Assembly (NCBI GenBank): GCA_002104905.1 | Contig: MCFE01000083.1 | Location: 62,001-126,000 of the forward strand | From: Basidiobolus meristosporus CBS 931.73 | Taxonomy: Eukaryota > Fungi > Basidiobolomycota | Length of the DNA stretch: 64,000 nucleotides | Direction: 5' to 3' | Made by a program: the position numbers and the translations under genes | The notes under the pieces: generated by a model | Seen by the model: only the letters and a program-made list of their open reading frames with translations | What the model was told of the DNA's origin: nothing | The model's database searches: none | In this document: positions 61,863-64,000 of the stretch, one piece after another | Numbering within the stretch: position 1 is the first letter of the stretch | How the letters are laid out: each line of letters begins with the position of its first letter

Positions 61863-63201
61863 CTACGTGCGGTGGTTGACGAATGGTGACCAACACATGC
61901 GTTTTTTATCCGAGCCTGATGGGATCCCACCTAGTGTCTCTTTGGGGAACACGTCCATTTTACACAGTGGACACTTCCTTGCCTTCGTGGTCAGCCACGA
62001 ATCTATGCATTTGGCGTGGAAGTCGTGGTTACATGGCAGCCTTCTAACCTGGTCACCATCGCAGAAATCGTCCAGACAAACAGAACACACCCAATGCCTT
62101 AGGGGGTCCCCGTCAACCAGCAGGGCCAAAGGTGGCTGGTCCACGTGATTGGATTCACATTGACCTTGGATGGTATTATTAGCTAGATCTACATTGGAAA
62201 CACCGCTACTGGTAACATCCGATTCAGCAGCACTATAATTAGCCGTGTCTCCGGAGCACCATGGACGTACAGGAAAGAGGCTCAAATGATTTTTCTTAAG
62301 CACCGCGGCATCCGTGTTGTACAGCGGAGGGCCACGGTTTCGGGACAAGTGACGCCTACGGTAACTTAAGAAAGCTGGGAGATAGGGTCCGATGGATATG
62401 TGTCAGTAAAATGAAAGGAACCTCGAGATCGGCATGAATGACGTTACCAAACACGAGTGCACCAGAGAAAACGAGTACCGATGCGACGATGATGGTGATT
62501 TCCCATACACCTGGCCGAAATCTCTGCTGGGGTATCAAAGTTAACTGGATGTGCTTGGCCCAGTGCGAAGTGGTATTGAATGGTGTCGAGTCCGAGTCCA
62601 CCGTGGTCAGACCGTGGTACAGTTGGTTCCCCACTTCTTTGGAGACAATTACCACCGGTATAGATGCGGATATCCGGAGCCTTATCACATTTACGTCGAG
62701 AGGTTGGTCGTCAAATATGATTGCCCCAACAGCCGAGTCGGTTTGTGCCTGGTTGATCTTCCACTCCAGAGCACAGCCATTTAGTTTGAGGAGCGCGATG
62801 TGTTTTATGTGGGTCACGTTCTCGGGGGCGTAAGAAACATTTGCTGCTGGAGATTCCGTACAGGAGTCCCCTTGAAAGTACAGAATACCCTAGGGAAAAT
62901 AGATGAGTCTTACAGGGCTCAACAATAGCAGGCAATTTGCGGAAGGGGAGCATACCTGAAGCCCTTCGCTAGGAGGCGTGGGGCCGGCGGGCAAGAAGGA
63001 GACGTCTTTTAGGTATTCGACGGTTTTGGAGGTTTTGTCTTGTTTGAAAGAAGAGGAATCGGCCAAAACGTACACCACCTCTTGAAGAATGCTGGGATCT
63101 CTGCCATGAAAGAGAGTAGCAGAAGAAGACAGCTGATGGCAATGGAGTAGGACGGAGACAAAAAACACTTGCAGCCAACGGCTAAACAGCTTCCCAGTCA
63201 T
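61863..63201 (-). CDS. PA-domain / transmembrane / RING-H2 E3 ubiquitin ligase (RNF13/GRAIL/RMR-like), ~399 aa; exons 63201-62956, 62889-62448, 62374-61863
   Basis: Signal-peptide-like N-terminus, PA motifs (GILYFQGDSC, HIALLKLNGC, KINQAQ..AVGAIIFD, SIPVVIVS), TM helix followed by YRRRH, and RING-H2 CSVCLDDF..VRRLPCNHDFHAKCIDSWL..CPLC. Two GT-AG introns (66 and 73 nt) join the frames. Confidence 0.9.
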
Positions 63202-64000
63202 CAAAGATAACAGTTTATTCTATGGCGAATGGCACTTTCTGTGCTATGAATGAGGGGACTTGCAGTAAAAAACACTAGTATAAAGAGGTAAGGAGACTGG
63301 CTCTAAGAAACGAACGGAAAAACCGAATACTGAGAGGTTTCACCGCATATATGTATGGTGTAAGGGGAACTATTATTGGTCTACCTGTTGGAAGCTTATT
63401 TTAAGGCAAATCCTGGAGAATTGGAGAATATGGTATCAGTCAAAGAATGATTTCTGTTCCCGCTCACTTCACTTCATTCGCCAGTGGTGCCGGACCAATG
63501 ATGCACTTCGGTGGTACAACTGATGTTAAAATGCAAGCAAAGACCGATAGAGTCCCATCTAAAAACTGGCTTGAGGACTATTGATTTGTCAGGTGTCACT
63601 GTTAATCACATTTAAGCTTAATCACTCATATAATCAGAAGACTGGGTACATCAAGTTTCAGGTGATTGGCCGTCTGTATACGCCAACGTTACTTACAATT
63701 TCGCTAGCATGCACAATCCTGTGGTGCGTAAAATTGGAAAGCGAAGGATCGTAGCTGTTAAACCGGAAAAATCCCATCACGATTTCTTCTAGTTGCATAC
63801 CAATCATGACTATATTTAGCCAATCTTTGCAACGTTACTTGGGTATAGCCTGCGTGTTGACTATTGTTCTGACGGATCAGTCCAAGACAAATTGTAGGCA
63901 TTCCGGATATTTTCTTAGTAGCTGCTGCCTCCCTTCTCTTTGTGAAGCCGGACAGCGGATGAAACGATTGAATCCAATACAACTCTTCAAAGTACTACTT

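Noticed and set aside
63758-64000. Minus-strand 74-aa ORF at the window edge
   Set aside because: It may be an exon of a neighbouring gene, but it has no recognisable motif and is cut by the window end.

Overview
Eukaryotic, fungus-like DNA, judged from short GT-AG introns with CTAAT/CTGAC branch sites. The first ~60.4 kb is a nested transposon graveyard. It holds at least six copies or fragments plus a solo LTR of one Ty1/copia family (~349-bp LTR, half-tRNA-iMet PBS) and one young full-length chromodomain Ty3/gypsy element (44052-49951) with a self-priming PBS and a -1 frameshift signal. It also holds five LTRs of a 4-bp-TSD family, older gypsy, copia and CACTA-like relics, and a PHIS-superfamily (Pangu-like, ANT target) DNA transposon with an open transposase plus two matching 211-bp MITEs. 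The repeat block is almost stripped of CpG and shows direct CG>TG/CA decay. CpG density jumps at ~60.5 kb, where two host genes lie on the minus strand: dihydrofolate reductase (1 intron) and a PA-TM-RING E3 ligase (2 introns). The best leads are: (1) an LTR family whose 4-bp target duplications are centred on CpG; (2) a ~230-nt intron-like module shared between that LTR and the leader of the otherwise dissimilar gypsy element; (3) an open, CpG-free transposase paired with a CpG-rich second ORF. All alignments and counts were done by eye, and coordinates of old relics are approximate.
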